A stretch of DNA of 64,000 nt, from positions 118,647-182,646 of the forward strand of contig JAZDKF010000012.1 of assembly GCA_043803225.1 (NCBI GenBank). The letters are read 5' to 3'. Under the pieces are notes generated by a model, which was not told where the DNA came from, did no database searches, and saw only the letters and a list, made by a program, of their open reading frames with translations. Source of the DNA: Candidatus Beckwithbacteria bacterium (lineage in GTDB: Bacteria > Patescibacteriota > Microgenomatia > UBA1400 > CG1-02-47-37). The stretch's first letter is position 1, and each line of letters begins with the position of its first letter. A program made the translations under genes and the position numbers. Shown here in pieces: positions 10,386 through 19,679 of the stretch.

Positions 10386-12521
10386 ATGGGTATTACCAGC
10401 AAATCCGTTGAAGTGAACGGCCAAACCATCACTTTTGAACTCGGCCGTTATGCTGAGCAAGCTACCGCCGCTGTCTTGGCTAAAGCCAACGACACCGTCG
10501 TTTTAGTTACCGTTGTTGAAGGTAAAGAAATTCCCAGTTTGGACTACTTTCCTTTAACTGTGGAATACCAGGAAAAGCTTTACGCCTCCGGCATTATCAA
10601 AGGCTCTCGTTGGGTTAAACGCGAAGGCCGGCCTACCGACGAAGCGATTTTAAAAGCCCGCTTGATTGACCGGTCGATCCGGCCGCTCTTCCCTGAAGGT
10701 TACCTGAAAGAAGTTCAGGTCGTGGCCACGGTTCTATCTTACGATCCGACTACTGATCCGGAAATCCTAGCCCTCTGCGCCACCTCTTTAGCTTTGTCTC
10801 TATCGCCGATTCCCTGGAACGGCCCGATTGCGGCGGTGAGAACGAAAACTGACCAACTCGACTTAACCTTATCCGGCTCTAAAGACGCTCTGGTCATGGT
10901 TGAGGCCGGTGCCAAAGAAGTCAGCGAAGCTGAAGTTTTAACCGCTATGTCTAAAGGTCACCTGGAAATTAAAAAAATTATTTCTATTATTAATGACTTG
11001 GCAAAGTCCAACGGTCAACCTAAAGCAGATTTTGTTGCTCCTACTATTGACGCCCAATTGAAAAAACAGGTTTTAACCAAAACCAAGACTAGCTTAGACG
11101 ATTTGATCGTTCGCTTGGAATCCAGCTCTCATGAAAAAGACATGGACCTGACTCCCATTGAGCAAGCTTGCCTTCAAGACATGCCTGAAGCTGATCCAGC
11201 TCAGGTTAAAGCGGTTATTGCCGATTACTTTAAAACTACTTCGCGTGAAAAAGTCTTTACTCAGAAAAAACGCACTGATGGCCGCAAACCTGATCAAATC
11301 CGTCAGATTACCTGTGAAGTCAGCTGTTTACCCCGCACTCACGGCACCGGTATGTTTAAACGCGGCGCCACCCAAGCCCTATCCATTGCTACTTTAGGCT
11401 CTCCCAGCCTGGGACAGTTAATTGAAGACCTTGAAGGCGAAACCTCCAAACGCTACATGCATCACTATTTTTTCCCGCCCTATTCAGTTGGTGAAGCTGG
11501 TCGGATTGGCGCCCCCTCCCGAAGAGAAATCGGCCATGGCGCTCTGGCCGAGCGGGCGATTGAACCGGTCTTACCCGATGAAGATAAATTTCCCTATGCC
11601 ATCCGGGTTGTTTCGGAAATTATGTCATCTAATGGCTCCACCTCCATGGCCTCTGTCTGCGGTTCTACCTTGTCCTTAATGGATGCCGGTGTGCCCTTGA
11701 AAAAACCCGTTGCCGGGATTGCCATGGGCTTATTGTTTAAAGATGCCAAAAACTATGTTGTTTTAACCGACATTCAGGGCATTGAAGACCATTTAGGCGA
11801 CATGGACTTTAAAGTTGCCGGTACTGACACTGGTATTACTGCCCTGCAGATGGATATTAAGATTCCCGGGGTCACTCAAGAAATTTTAAAAACTGCGCTT
11901 GATAAAGCTAAGGTTGCTCGTTTGTCGATCATGGCCACCATGGCCAAAACCATTGCTCAACCCAGAGCTAAAGTTTCTCAGTTTGCTCCCAAGATTATCA
12001 CTCTGTCGATTCCGGTCGACAAGATTGGTGAGTTAATCGGCCCGGGCGGCAAAAACATCAAAAAAATTATCTGCGATACTGAATGCGAAGTTGATGTTAA
12101 TGATGACGGCCGGGTCGTGATTACCGGAGTTGACGAAGCTAAGTTAGCGATTGCCAAAGAATCAGTTGAAGCCATCAGTCATGTATTTGCAGTTGGCGAA
12201 GAGTATGACGGTAAAGTGGTTCGGATTGAACCCTTTGGCGCCTTTGTCGAACTCTTGCCCGGCAAAGACGGCCTGGTCCATGTTTCCCGGCTTTCCACCG
12301 GTTACGTCGCCGACCCCAACACGATTGTTAAACTTGGGGATACCCTCCATGTTCGCGTTCGCGAGATCGACGACCAAGGCCGTGTCAGCTTAACCACTTT
12401 AACTTCCGAACAGGAAGCCCAAATGCCGCCCCGACCCAGCGGGGGACGCCCCGGTGGCTTTAATGGCCGTCCGCCTTTCCGTCGCCCCGGTGGCGGTCAG
12501 CGCTTCTCCGGCCGTAGATAA
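10386..12521 (+). CDS. pnp: Polyribonucleotide nucleotidyltransferase
   Basis: RLIDRSIRPLFP, RREIGHG, GDMDFKVAGT; KH and S1 domains. Confidence 0.97.
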   Translation: MGITSKSVEVNGQTITFELGRYAEQATAAVLAKANDTVVLVTVVEGKEIPSLDYFPLTVEYQEKLYASGIIKGSRWVKREGRPTDEAILKARLIDRSIRPLFPEGYLKEVQVVATVLSYDPTTDPEILALCATSLALSLSPIPWNGPIAAVRTKTDQLDLTLSGSKDALVMVEAGAKEVSEAEVLTAMSKGHLEIKKIISIINDLAKSNGQPKADFVAPTIDAQLKKQVLTKTKTSLDDLIVRLESSSHEKDMDLTPIEQACLQDMPEADPAQVKAVIADYFKTTSREKVFTQKKRTDGRKPDQIRQITCEVSCLPRTHGTGMFKRGATQALSIATLGSPSLGQLIEDLEGETSKRYMHHYFFPPYSVGEAGRIGAPSRREIGHGALAERAIEPVLPDEDKFPYAIRVVSEIMSSNGSTSMASVCGSTLSLMDAGVPLKKPVAGIAMGLLFKDAKNYVVLTDIQGIEDHLGDMDFKVAGTDTGITALQMDIKIPGVTQEILKTALDKAKVARLSIMATMAKTIAQPRAKVSQFAPKIITLSIPVDKIGELIGPGGKNIKKIICDTECEVDVNDDGRVVITGVDEAKLAIAKESVEAISHVFAVGEEYDGKVVRIEPFGAFVELLPGKDGLVHVSRLSTGYVADPNTIVKLGDTLHVRVREIDDQGRVSLTTLTSEQEAQMPPRPSGGRPGGFNGRPPFRRPGGGQRFSGRR

Positions 12522-12863
12522 ATGAAAATAATTCATAAAAACCAAACTAAAGAATTTAATAACAGTGATCAATGTTTGGCAATCGAATATCCCTTAGGCG
12601 ATAAAGATATTAACGGAGCCGTCATCAAATTAAATGGCCGATATCCAAATAAAGGCCAGGTGGTCAACGCTGTTTGTAAAGAAATGGCTTACATTATTAA
12701 AGGTTCAGGCAAAGTAGTTGTTGACGGCCAAGAAATTAATTTTTTCCAAGGCGATTTGATCTTAATCAACAAAAACGAAAAATATTATTGGCAAGGAAAT
12801 TGCGAAATGTTTGTTCCTTGTGTTCCGGCTTGGTACCCGGAACAACATCGGGAAATAGATTAA
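12522..12863 (+). CDS. Cupin domain protein
   Basis: EMAYIIKGSGKVVVDG...GDLILI cupin motifs. Confidence 0.8.
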   Translation: MKIIHKNQTKEFNNSDQCLAIEYPLGDKDINGAVIKLNGRYPNKGQVVNAVCKEMAYIIKGSGKVVVDGQEINFFQGDLILINKNEKYYWQGNCEMFVPCVPAWYPEQHREID

Positions 12864-13582
12864 AGTGCCGCCCCTAAAGCAGTGGCATACTCGCCGTCTT
12901 TAGGGAAAATCGGCTTCAATTGGAATAAAGCGCACACCTGAGTTAAGCCATGTTGGATAATTGGATTGGTGGCCACGCGGCCGCAAAATACAATCTTTTT
13001 TTCACCGGTTTTTTGCGCCGCCAAACAACTGACCACTCCGATTGTTTCAATTACCATTCCCACTAAACTGGCCGCTAAATCTTCTAACTTTTTTGACTTT
13101 ACTTTGCCAAAGTTAGCCGCTGTTGCCTCTGGTGGAAGCAATCCTATACCTTGTCCCACCACATCACCAACCGTTAAATCCACTTTAGCTTTATCGCCCT
13201 TTCCCGCCAGCTTAAAAATCTTTTCTACCTTATTAGTTTTTAAAAGTAATTTTCCTAATCCTAATAAAGTCCCACCCCCAACTCCGGTCCCGCCTAAATG
13301 CATAATCGGCTGATTTTTTCTGGCCCATACTACTGCCGTGCCTGTTCCGCAACTAACCACCACTGCTGAGTTTAATCCTGACAGCCACAAACCGCCTCTT
13401 CCCAAACACTCCAACTCATTTTTCTCCCGCGCCGTTATTATCGGCGCCTTTCCGGCCAGTTGCTTCACCCAGTTAGGCGAGTATTGGCTTGTTAATATTA
13501 TTGTTTTATTTAAAATTTTCTGGCCATCAAATAAAACCGCCTTAACATAACTGGCGCCATTATCCACCCCTAAAATTTTCAT
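12860..13582 (-). CDS. Type II pantothenate kinase-like (ASKHA) protein
   Basis: GVDNGASYVK, SCGTGT, GGTGVGGGTLLGL, VDLTVGD, AANFGK motifs. Confidence 0.8.
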   Translation of the reverse strand: MKILGVDNGASYVKAVLFDGQKILNKTIILTSQYSPNWVKQLAGKAPIITAREKNELECLGRGGLWLSGLNSAVVVSCGTGTAVVWARKNQPIMHLGGTGVGGGTLLGLGKLLLKTNKVEKIFKLAGKGDKAKVDLTVGDVVGQGIGLLPPEATAANFGKVKSKKLEDLAASLVGMVIETIGVVSCLAAQKTGEKKIVFCGRVATNPIIQHGLTQVCALFQLKPIFPKDGEYATALGAAL

Positions 13583-13595
13583 AGCTAGATTATAC

Positions 13596-13639
13596 TTGAC
13601 AACTTAAAACAATAAGAATATATTCGAATAATCGAATAT
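13596..13639 (+). promoter_or_regulatory. Promoter with ArsR-type inverted-repeat operator
   Basis: TTGACA(13596)-17 bp-TATATT(13619). Palindrome atattcga-ataa-tcgaatat 13620-13639 overlaps the -10 and the start codon. Confidence 0.8.
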
Positions 13640-14063
13640 GTATATAGAAGCATTTACTAAACACGCTAAGTTACTGCAGGCCTTAGCTCATCCTAAGCGG
13701 TTAGAGATTTTAAACTTGTTAGCTCAAAAAAATCTAACCGTCACCCAGGTTTATTCCATGCTCGATCTGCCTCAGCCTAACATCAGCCAGCACTTAAATT
13801 TACTCCGTCAAGCCAATGTGGTTGCCACCAAACGTATCGGCAAAGAAATTTACTACCGCCTAGCAAATAAAAAAATTAACCGGTTTTTGCCCCAAAACCT
13901 CAATTTATTAAAATTAGCCCCTTTAGTTCACGATCCGGTTTGCAAGATGCAGTTATCCTCAAAAACTGTTCTGATCAAAACCAGCTACCAAGGGAAACAG
14001 TATTATTTCTGCGCCTCCGGTTGTTTAAAACAATTTAGGGCCCAGCCCAATAAATATGTCTAA
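13638..14063 (+). CDS. ArsR/SmtB regulator fused to a YHS domain
   Basis: ALAHPKRLEIL...QPNISQHLNLLR HTH; C-terminal DPVCKM...YYFCASGC. Confidence 0.9.
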   Translation: MYIEAFTKHAKLLQALAHPKRLEILNLLAQKNLTVTQVYSMLDLPQPNISQHLNLLRQANVVATKRIGKEIYYRLANKKINRFLPQNLNLLKLAPLVHDPVCKMQLSSKTVLIKTSYQGKQYYFCASGCLKQFRAQPNKYV

Positions 14064-16167
14064 ACCTATTACTCAGACCTTTCCCCTTACCGGCATGCTC
14101 TGTTCCAGCTGTGCCAATATTTTAACCAAAGCGATATTAAAAGTCCCTGGGGTAATCTCGGCTCAAGTTACCTATACTACCGACAAAGCTACGATCGATT
14201 ACGATCTGAATAACATTAATTGGTTAGCCCTAAAAAAAGCTGTTTCTTCTCTTGGCTCCTATCAAATTATTTTACCCAATGAATCCACTCAACCCCAAAT
14301 GCTTTTAAAAACCAAAGTCATCATTAGTGCCGTTCTTTCTTTAATCATTATGTTTAGCGAGATATTTAAACTTTTACCCCGAGAAATTATCTTTATTTTA
14401 ACCACGGTTGTTTTGTTTTATTCTGGCCGGGAGTTTTTTATAAACGCCTTTTTAGCGCTTAAAAAAATGAACGCCAACATGGATACTTTAATTGCCTTGG
14501 GGACTGGCGCCGCCTATCTCTACTCAGCTTCAATTATATTTTCTTCTCAGCCAGCTTACTTTGATACTGCCGCCACAATTATTACTTTAATTCTTTTAGG
14601 CCGCTATCTTGAAGTTAAAGCCAAAACTAAAGCCTCGCAGGCGATTAAAAAACTCCTTAATCTCCAGGTTAAAAAAGCCCTTTTGTTTAATAACGGTCAA
14701 GAAGTTGAAGTTGACATCGATCAGGTTAAAACCGGCGACCAACTCTTAGTTAAACCGGGAGTCAAAGTTCCGGTTGATGCGATTATTCTTAAAGGCCAAT
14801 CTTACTTGGACGAATCTCTGGTTACCGGCGAGTCAGTTCCGGTCTTGAAAAAAGAAGGGGATAAAGTTATCGGCAGTACTATTAATAAAAAAGGTTTGCT
14901 GATTATTCAAGCCACTAAAGTCGGCGAAGACACCTTATTGGCGAACATTGTTAAACTGGTTAATCAGGCCCAAAGTTCTCGGGCGCCGATTCAAAAACTG
15001 GCCGATAAAGTCTCTGGTATTTTTGTCCCCGTAGTCGTTCTTTTATCCATTCTGGCATTTTTAATTTGGCACTTTATTTTTGGTTTGGCTTTTAGCCCGG
15101 CTCTGGTAATTTCCATTACAATTCTTATTGTTTCTTGTCCTTGCGCTTTAGGTTTGGCCACCCCGATTTCGATTCTGGTCGCTACCGGCCTCGGTGCCGG
15201 AAACGGCATCTTGATTAAAAATGCCGAAAAACTCCAAATTGCCGGTAATATAAAAGCGATTGTTTTTGATAAAACCGGTACTTTAACCCAAGGCTCTTTT
15301 GCCGTCACCGAGATTATCCCGGCTGATATTTCTCCGAGATGGAAAGCCTTGGACATCTTAAAGTTGGCCGCCAGCCTGGAACAGGGCTCTGATCATCCGA
15401 TTGCTGAAGCGATTGTTGAAGAGGCTAAAGACCAGAAACTTAAACTCTTCCGCCCCACCAATTTCAGTAATATTGAAGGCCAGGGGATTGCTGGAACAGT
15501 TGATCATCAATCAATCTTACTTGGCAACTGGTTATTTATGAAGCAAAAAAATCTTAAATCTTTTGGACCCTCAGACAAAACCACTGCTTATTTAAGCGTT
15601 AATAATCAAATTATCGGCGCCATCGCTTTAGAAGACAAGCCCAAAGAGGCTGCCAAATCTATGATAGAAAAACTTCACCAACAAGGCCTGGCTGTTTGGA
15701 TGATCAGCGGTGATAATCAGGCTACCGCCGAGAATATTGGTCAACGTTTAGGGATAAAAAATATTTTAAGCGAAGTTTTGCCCCAGGATAAAGTTACTCA
15801 AATCAGGCAGCTTCAACAACAATATTCCTTAGTTGCCATGGCCGGCGACGGAATTAATGATGCTCCGGCTTTAGCCCAAGCCAATGTCGGGATTGCCATG
15901 GCCACTGGTACTGATGTCGCCATCGAAGCCGGCGACATCACCTTGCTCCGCGGAGATTTAAACTTAATCTGCCAAACTATTGCTTTGTCGCGGGCTACCA
16001 TGAGAAATATTAAGCAAAACTTATTCTGGGCATTTGGCTATAATTTGATTTTGATTCCTGTGGCTATGGCCGGCAGGATTAATCCAATGTTGGCCGCCGG
16101 AGCAATGGCTTTTTCCAGTCTTTCAGTCGTCTTAAACGCCTTAAGATTAAGGCGGCTTAAACTATGA
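14056..16167 (+). CDS. copA: Copper-translocating P1B-type ATPase
   Basis: HMA GMLCSSC, TGES, CPCALGLA, DKTGT, GDGINDAPALA, YN and MAFSS motifs. Confidence 0.93.
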   Translation: MSKPITQTFPLTGMLCSSCANILTKAILKVPGVISAQVTYTTDKATIDYDLNNINWLALKKAVSSLGSYQIILPNESTQPQMLLKTKVIISAVLSLIIMFSEIFKLLPREIIFILTTVVLFYSGREFFINAFLALKKMNANMDTLIALGTGAAYLYSASIIFSSQPAYFDTAATIITLILLGRYLEVKAKTKASQAIKKLLNLQVKKALLFNNGQEVEVDIDQVKTGDQLLVKPGVKVPVDAIILKGQSYLDESLVTGESVPVLKKEGDKVIGSTINKKGLLIIQATKVGEDTLLANIVKLVNQAQSSRAPIQKLADKVSGIFVPVVVLLSILAFLIWHFIFGLAFSPALVISITILIVSCPCALGLATPISILVATGLGAGNGILIKNAEKLQIAGNIKAIVFDKTGTLTQGSFAVTEIIPADISPRWKALDILKLAASLEQGSDHPIAEAIVEEAKDQKLKLFRPTNFSNIEGQGIAGTVDHQSILLGNWLFMKQKNLKSFGPSDKTTAYLSVNNQIIGAIALEDKPKEAAKSMIEKLHQQGLAVWMISGDNQATAENIGQRLGIKNILSEVLPQDKVTQIRQLQQQYSLVAMAGDGINDAPALAQANVGIAMATGTDVAIEAGDITLLRGDLNLICQTIALSRATMRNIKQNLFWAFGYNLILIPVAMAGRINPMLAAGAMAFSSLSVVLNALRLRRLKL

Positions 16168-17126
16168 ACTTTCTTCCTATCTTTCTTACTGGTTTAACCA
16201 CTGGCGGGCTATCCTGTTTGGCTGTCCAAGGTGGATTATTAGTCAGTTTAATTGCCAACTTAAAAGCCAAGCCAGGAAACAAATTGCCGGTTTTTATGTT
16301 TTTATTAAGCAAAACTATTGTTTATACCCTTTTAGGTTTTTTACTCGGTCTATTTGGTTCAAAGATCAGTTTAAGCCCAACTTCCGCCGCTATATTTCAA
16401 ATTTTTTCCGCTTTTTTTATGTTTGGCACCGCTATGAATTTATTAAATCTGCACCCAATCTTTCGCTATTTGACTATCACTCCGCCTAAATTTGTCCGCC
16501 GCCTATTAAAAAACAATACCAAAAGTGAAGCTATGTTTACCCCTTTAATTTTAGGAGCTTTAACAGTTTTGATTCCTTGTGGCGTAACCCAGGCGATGGA
16601 GGTTTTAGCTATTAACAGCGCTAGTCCGATTCAAGGTGCTTTAACCCTGTTATTTTTTGTTTTAGGCACCGCCCCTTTATTTGTCCTTTTTGGTGTTTCT
16701 GCCGCCAGATTCTCTTCAGCTTGGCAAGTTCAATTTTCCCGGGTTGCCAGCGTCCTGCTTATTGGCTTTTCTTTATATATTTTAAATTCCAGCTTGATTT
16801 TATTTAACTCGCCCCTAACTTTTGCAACCCTAACCCGATCGGTTACTACTAGTCCGGTTATCAACCAAGTGACGATTAATATTAATAATTCCGGTTACAC
16901 TCCAAAATACTTCCGCGTTAAAGTTAACCAACCAGTCCAGTTAACTTTAACTTCCAATAACGTTCACAGCTGCACCCTGTCTTTTATTTTTAAAGCCTTT
17001 AACATTCGCGTGCTTCTGCAACCCACTGACAGCCAAACTTTTACTTTTACCCCGACTAAAACTGGCCGCTATACTTATTCCTGTTCCATGGGCATGTATA
17101 GTGGCACCATGGAGGTAGTTCAATGA
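16164..17126 (+). CDS. DsbD_2/TauE-like membrane protein with C-terminal cupredoxin domain
   Basis: GGLSCLAVQGG, LIPCG, YSCSMGMYSG motifs. Confidence 0.85.
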   Translation: MNFLPIFLTGLTTGGLSCLAVQGGLLVSLIANLKAKPGNKLPVFMFLLSKTIVYTLLGFLLGLFGSKISLSPTSAAIFQIFSAFFMFGTAMNLLNLHPIFRYLTITPPKFVRRLLKNNTKSEAMFTPLILGALTVLIPCGVTQAMEVLAINSASPIQGALTLLFFVLGTAPLFVLFGVSAARFSSAWQVQFSRVASVLLIGFSLYILNSSLILFNSPLTFATLTRSVTTSPVINQVTININNSGYTPKYFRVKVNQPVQLTLTSNNVHSCTLSFIFKAFNIRVLLQPTDSQTFTFTPTKTGRYTYSCSMGMYSGTMEVVQ

Positions 17127-17335
17127 CCCAAACCGCTACTTTTTCTCTAACCGGCCTTCATTGTATCAGTTGCGCCTTAAATATCGACAATACCTTGGAA
17201 GATTTAGCCGGTGTGGTTAGCAGCCAAACCAACTATCCTAAAAGCCAGGTTAAAGTTGAATTTGATTCTCAAAAAATTACCTCAGTTAAAATAATTAAAA
17301 CCATCAAGACTCTGGGTTACGATGTGCTAGAATGA
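17123..17335 (+). CDS. Heavy-metal-associated (CopZ-like) chaperone
   Basis: GLHCISC HMA motif; 70 aa; LGY at the C-terminus. Confidence 0.9.
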   Translation: MTQTATFSLTGLHCISCALNIDNTLEDLAGVVSSQTNYPKSQVKVEFDSQKITSVKIIKTIKTLGYDVLE

Positions 17336-17339
17336 TTTT

Positions 17340-18329
17340 ATGACGAAAGACTTAACTGCCCAATTAGCCGCGGCCGACTTACCTGCAGACTTAAAACTTA
17401 AAGCTGAAGAAATGATTAATTATACTGATCGGGAACAGATGAATCAGTATCTGAACTTAATTACTGCCCTGCCGTGGAATAAATTAAGCGAAGACTGTCT
17501 CGATTTAACCAAAGCCAAAGAAGTTATGGATGCCCACCATCATGGTATGACGGAAATTAAAGACAAGATTCTGGAATATTTATCAGTTATGACTTTAACT
17601 CGGGGTCAAGAAGGGGCTTCAAGGGCACCCATGCTTTGCCTGGTCGGTTTAGTTGGTACCGGAAAAACCACCTTTGCCCGGTCAATTGCTTTAGCCTTAA
17701 ACCGCGCCTTTGTCCGGATTCCTTTTGGCGGCCTAGGCTCAGCTCTGGATCTCCGTGGCCAGTCCCGGCTCCACCCGGATGCCGAACCCGGACTGATAGT
17801 TAAAGCTTTAAAGCGGGCTAAAACCAGAAATCCGGTTATACTGTTAGATGAAATCGACCGAGTCACTACCAACGCCAATGCTGACATTATGGGCGTCTTG
17901 GTTGAACTCTTAGATCCGGAGCAAAATGCCCAGTTTACTGACCACTATCTTGACTTTCCTTTTAATCTTTCCGACGTTCTCTTTGTCGCCACTGCCAACA
18001 ATTTAAGAAACATTGCCACCGCGGTTTTAGATCGGTTGGAAGTTCTGCAAATGCCTTCATACACTGACTCGGAAAAAACTATTATTGCCAAAGACTACAT
18101 TCTTCCTAAAGTGTTAACTGAATCTGGTCTATCTTTTGATAATCTGACTATTGACGATGATGTTTGGCCCAATATTGTCCGGCCGCTTGGCTTTGACGCT
18201 GGCCTAAGAACCCTGGAAAGAACTATTGAAAGCATCGCTCATCTTCTGGCCCGCTCCATTGTTGAAGGCCAGGTTAAACACTTTCACCTTACCCGCGAAA
18301 ATATTAAAAAATATTTACCCAATTATTAA
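17340..18329 (+). CDS. Lon-like AAA+ ATPase lacking N-terminal and protease domains
   Basis: LPW, KDKILEYL, GLVGTGKTT, NPVILLDEID, LLDPEQNAQFTDHYLD. Ends after the ATPase module. Confidence 0.88.
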   Translation: MTKDLTAQLAAADLPADLKLKAEEMINYTDREQMNQYLNLITALPWNKLSEDCLDLTKAKEVMDAHHHGMTEIKDKILEYLSVMTLTRGQEGASRAPMLCLVGLVGTGKTTFARSIALALNRAFVRIPFGGLGSALDLRGQSRLHPDAEPGLIVKALKRAKTRNPVILLDEIDRVTTNANADIMGVLVELLDPEQNAQFTDHYLDFPFNLSDVLFVATANNLRNIATAVLDRLEVLQMPSYTDSEKTIIAKDYILPKVLTESGLSFDNLTIDDDVWPNIVRPLGFDAGLRTLERTIESIAHLLARSIVEGQVKHFHLTRENIKKYLPNY

Positions 18330-18332
18330 CCT

Positions 18333-19670
18333 ATGAATCTACTTCGAATTATTCCCTTAGGTGGCGGCCCGGGTATGGTCACCAACAATATGTATCTTTA
18401 TGAATTTGGCCACGATGCCTTGATTGTTGACTGCGGCATTGGCTTTCCTGAAGATAAAGCTTCAGACAACATTCTCATTCCTGACATCAGTTACTTAAAA
18501 TCAAAGCCTTTTAAAATTCATGGGATTTTACTCACCCATGGCCACGATGATCACCACGCGGCTCTGCCTCACATCTTGCCCCAGCTTGGTCCAGTTCCGG
18601 TTTATGCTTCCAAGCTCACGGCCGGTTTTGCCCAGGATCGTCTCGCTGACTTTAACCAGCATCAAACCATTAAGGTAATTAAAGAATATGATCAAATCAA
18701 ACTCGGCCCCTTTACTATTGATCCGATTCACGTCACTCACTCAGTTCCCAATACTTTTCACTACCTGATCAACACTCCAGTTGGCCCTATCTATCATGGC
18801 AGCGACTTTAAGTTTGACTTGACTCCTTTAGATAATCAGCCGCCAAACTTTAAACGCATCGCCGCTTTAAGCCGTCATGGCATTCTCTGTCTGCTCTCCG
18901 ATTGTTTAAGAAGTGAACGGGCTGGTTTTACTCCTTCAGAAACTACCCTTAGCCAAGCTTTAGAGAGGGAAATTAGCCACTGTCCTGGCCGGCTCATCTT
19001 TACTACTATGTCTTCCCAAATCCATCGGATTCAGCAGGCGATTGACATTGCCGTCAGTCATAATCGCCAAATCTGTTTTGTCGGCCGCTCTATGGAAAGA
19101 AATGTTCAAACCAGCCAGCGTTTAGGCTTTTTAAAATTTTCCCGGAAAACTACGATTAATAAAAAACGGCTTAAAACCATTCCTGATCACCGCTTATGCT
19201 TAATTATTGCCGGCAGTCAGGGTCAAGAATCTTCATCGTTGACCCGTTATGCCTCTGGTTATCATAAGTTTTTAAAAATTAAACCAAATGATAAAGTGGT
19301 TTATTCCACCGATATTATTCCCGGCAATGAACAAGCAGTCTACGCGGTTATTGACGAGTTGGCCAAAGCCGGCATTCAGGTAGCTTACCAGGACACTGAT
19401 GATGACTTGCATGTTTCCGGTCACGCCTCAGCCGGCGAACTCCAGCTGTTAATTCATCTGACTTCACCTCACTATCTTTATCCGATTGGCGGCGCTTTCC
19501 GCCATATGAATCAGTATGCTAAATTAGCCGAAGCCATTGGCTATCGGTCTGATCAAGTCATCATCCCTAACTCTGGCCAGGTAGTTGAATTTGACTCTTC
19601 TGGTCACTACCGCTTAGCTGAAACTTTAAAGCTCGAACCCTTGCTGGTTAATCAAAACGACTTAAAGTAA
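18333..19670 (+). CDS. rnj: Ribonuclease J (C-terminally shortened)
   Basis: IIPLGG, THGHDDH, SDFKFD, GSQGQE, HVSGHA. Confidence 0.92.
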   Translation: MNLLRIIPLGGGPGMVTNNMYLYEFGHDALIVDCGIGFPEDKASDNILIPDISYLKSKPFKIHGILLTHGHDDHHAALPHILPQLGPVPVYASKLTAGFAQDRLADFNQHQTIKVIKEYDQIKLGPFTIDPIHVTHSVPNTFHYLINTPVGPIYHGSDFKFDLTPLDNQPPNFKRIAALSRHGILCLLSDCLRSERAGFTPSETTLSQALEREISHCPGRLIFTTMSSQIHRIQQAIDIAVSHNRQICFVGRSMERNVQTSQRLGFLKFSRKTTINKKRLKTIPDHRLCLIIAGSQGQESSSLTRYASGYHKFLKIKPNDKVVYSTDIIPGNEQAVYAVIDELAKAGIQVAYQDTDDDLHVSGHASAGELQLLIHLTSPHYLYPIGGAFRHMNQYAKLAEAIGYRSDQVIIPNSGQVVEFDSSGHYRLAETLKLEPLLVNQNDLK

Positions 19671-19679
19671 AATTCTTTT

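Noticed and set aside
15329-15345. Weak hairpin in copA (ISPRWK)
   Set aside because: Short imperfect stem that cannot be distinguished from chance.
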